A model generated the notes under the pieces. It had not been told where the DNA came from and did not search any database. It saw nothing but the letters and a program-made list of their open reading frames with translations. From Bacteroidia bacterium (lineage in GTDB: Bacteria; Bacteroidota; Bacteroidia; SXHM01): DNA of 46,731 nucleotides. The translations under genes were made by a program, and so were the position numbers. Shown one piece after another: positions 44,755 to 46,731 of the stretch. Numbering within the stretch: position 1 is the first letter of the stretch; every line of letters starts with the position of its first letter. The DNA lies in NCBI GenBank assembly GCA_020054035.1, contig JAGVLY010000086.1, forward strand, positions 1 through 46,731. The letters are read 5' to 3'.

Positions 44755-46108
44755 TAAACTTACTTATCAGTTTGTAGGCATTGTTGCATCAGTTCTCTTA
44801 CTTGCAACGCTCACTATATTTGTACTGTTTGCAGAATTCCGCGAACGAGATTTTTATCTCAGGCTGAACGAGAAAGCAGTTGCTACCGCAAAATTATTGG
44901 TAGATGAAAACGATGTAGATGCTGCTTTGCTTAAACTGATCGATAAAAACCTGCGCGGGGTTTTGCCACAGGAGAAAGTTATCATTTTCGATTCGTCAGG
45001 TAAAGAGATTTACAACACTGATGATGAGAAAATAATAATAGTATCAAACGAGCTACTTACCGAAATCAGATTGCAAAACGAAGTACATCTAAAGCAAAAT
45101 GAATTTGAAATGCTGGGCTTAAATTATACGTACAACAACAATAAATACATTATTGTAGCAGCCGCAGTTGACATTTACGGATTGCGAAAACTCAAATTTC
45201 TGAGCATAGTATTGGTAATTGTTTTTGTTATAAGCATTGCGGCTGTTTATTTCAGCGGCTGGATTTATTCGGGACGTGCGCTGCAACCTATTTCAAAAGT
45301 TGTAAGTGAAGTGGACAGGATTTCGGTAAACAACCTAAATGCCCGTGTTGATGAAGGGAACGGGCAGGATGAAATTGCACAGCTTGCCAAAACATTTAAC
45401 AAAATGCTGGAACGTATAGAGGCTGCTTTTAATGCGCAACGCTCGTTTGTGGGTAATGCTTCGCATGAGTTGCGCAATCCACTTTCAGTACTGCGCGGAC
45501 AGTTGGAAGTAGCGCTGCTTAAAGACCGCAAAACAGAAGATTATAAAAAAACAATGGAGTCGCTGCTGGAAGATATTAATCACCTTACCATTATTTCAAA
45601 TAGGCTGCTCTCGTTGGCGCAGGTTAGCGGTGTGGGATTGATTGATCCTAAAAACGAAATTCGTATCGATGATTTATTGCTGGAGGTACGTAGCGAATTG
45701 ATTGAAAGCATTCCGGAATACACGGTTAACGTTTCATTTGAATCTGTGCTGGAAAATGAAGACAGCTTGCTGTTTTATGGCAATGAGCGTTTACTGAAAA
45801 TTGCATTTTTTAACCTTATGGAAAACGCCTGCAAATACTCACCCGACCATAGTTGCTTAGTAGATATAGGTGCCGAAGGAAAAAACATCGTTATCCATTT
45901 CAGCGACAAAGGTGTGGGTATTCCTGCCGAGGATCTGAAAAATATTTTTGAGCCTTTTTACCGCGCCAAAAATGTGCTGGATCGCAAGGGGCATGGCATA
46001 GGCTTATCGCTGGTTGATAAAATTGTGAAGCTGCACAGTGGCTCTATTGAAGTAGATTCAACAGAAAAACGCGGAAGTGTTTTTACGGTGAAACTGCCCG
46101 TGGGGTAG
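44741..46108 (+). CDS. HAMP-domain sensor histidine kinase
   Basis: Two TMs, HAMP, ASHELRNP, NLMENACKY, DKGVGI, GHGIGL. Confidence 0.95.
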   Translation: MQIRNKLTYQFVGIVASVLLLATLTIFVLFAEFRERDFYLRLNEKAVATAKLLVDENDVDAALLKLIDKNLRGVLPQEKVIIFDSSGKEIYNTDDEKIIIVSNELLTEIRLQNEVHLKQNEFEMLGLNYTYNNNKYIIVAAAVDIYGLRKLKFLSIVLVIVFVISIAAVYFSGWIYSGRALQPISKVVSEVDRISVNNLNARVDEGNGQDEIAQLAKTFNKMLERIEAAFNAQRSFVGNASHELRNPLSVLRGQLEVALLKDRKTEDYKKTMESLLEDINHLTIISNRLLSLAQVSGVGLIDPKNEIRIDDLLLEVRSELIESIPEYTVNVSFESVLENEDSLLFYGNERLLKIAFFNLMENACKYSPDHSCLVDIGAEGKNIVIHFSDKGVGIPAEDLKNIFEPFYRAKNVLDRKGHGIGLSLVDKIVKLHSGSIEVDSTEKRGSVFTVKLPVG

Positions 46109-46141
46109 TTTTGAAATTTAGCCTACTTTTGGCGGCAGAAA

Positions 46142-46731
46142 ATGGAAAAGAAAGACATAGAAGGTTTTTACAACAACTTTTCTGAGGAATATACCAAGCT
46201 TGGTTTAAACCGCAGACACCGATTAATTCTTAAAAAATTAATTGCTGCAGGCTTGCAGAAAAACCATCGCGTGCTGGAAATTGGCTGCGGGGTTGGGCAG
46301 GTTACGGGTCTTATGGCCGATTACCTGAACAAAGGCATGATAGTGGCCTGCGATATAAGCCCCGAAGGAATTGAACTGGCGAAAAAGATACACAGCAACA
46401 GAGGCAACATTCAGTTTATGGTTTCGGACATGGTGAATTTCAAACACGATGTTACATTTGACTTTGTGGTGCTGCCCGATGTGATTGAACACATACCGGT
46501 TGAGCATCACAAAAATCTTTTCCGTGTCATCAAAGAAAACATCAGCATAGACGGCACTGTTGCCATCAACACTCCTACTCCATTTTACCAAGAATGGCTG
46601 CATAAAAAACATCCCGAAGGTTTGCAGATTATTGACCAGCCTATTTATACCAACGACTTGCTGAACAGCGTTTATCCCAACGGTTTTTACCTTGAACGCT
46701 TGGAGAATTATTGCATCCGCCACAAAGAGGC
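46142..46731 (+). CDS. Class I SAM-dependent methyltransferase (runs off the window)
   Basis: Manual translation MEKKDIEGFYN...VLEIGCGVG...ACDIS...FDFVVLPDVIEHI; TACTTTTG box at 46124-46131. Confidence 0.9.
   Translation, partial: MEKKDIEGFYNNFSEEYTKLGLNRRHRLILKKLIAAGLQKNHRVLEIGCGVGQVTGLMADYLNKGMIVACDISPEGIELAKKIHSNRGNIQFMVSDMVNFKHDVTFDFVVLPDVIEHIPVEHHKNLFRVIKENISIDGTVAINTPTPFYQEWLHKKHPEGLQIIDQPIYTNDLLNSVYPNGFYLERLENYCIRHKE

Noticed and set aside
46238-46723. 161-aa minus-strand ORF
   Set aside because: Antisense shadow of the methyltransferase.
1-46731. tRNA, rRNA, IS transposase or integrase genes
   Set aside because: None recognised by eye; tRNAscan-SE, Infernal and ISEScan would be needed to exclude them formally.

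Overview
A 46.7 kb chromosomal segment from a Bacteroidota bacterium, judged from TAnnTTTG -7 promoter boxes, several T9SS C-terminal domains, TonB-dependent receptors and a BtuG-like lipoprotein. The backbone is ordinary: pfkA, fused E1 2-oxoacid dehydrogenase, HMG-CoA lyase, ECF sigma, peptidases, cobalamin riboswitch-btuB-btuG, KirBac channel, TrmH, NUDIX, PGM/PMM, rlmH, nadC, YihY, flippase, a two-component pair and a methyltransferase. I see no tRNA, rRNA, CRISPR array, integrase or transposase. Six things stand out. (1) A secreted protein with a phage gp38-like polyglycine adhesin domain (26210-27706) lies between two inverted 63-nt repeats that are the signal-peptide coding regions of the two flanking genes, a candidate frame-preserving invertible segment. 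(2) An 18-bp perfect palindrome appears in frame in a CDS and inside another REP. (3) An accessory patch (3835-8036) holds a TA pair, several REP families, a degenerate 14 x 21-bp array and a small gene bracketed by ~58-bp direct repeats. (4) An ECF sigma gene has a hairpin-sequestered AAGGAGG Shine-Dalgarno, rare in this phylum. (5) A Cas4-like/DEDD double nuclease is translationally coupled to a NUDIX gene. (6) A dispersed family of 8-10-mer-repeat hairpins occupies intergenic gaps. All product calls come from motif recognition by eye; no database searches were run.
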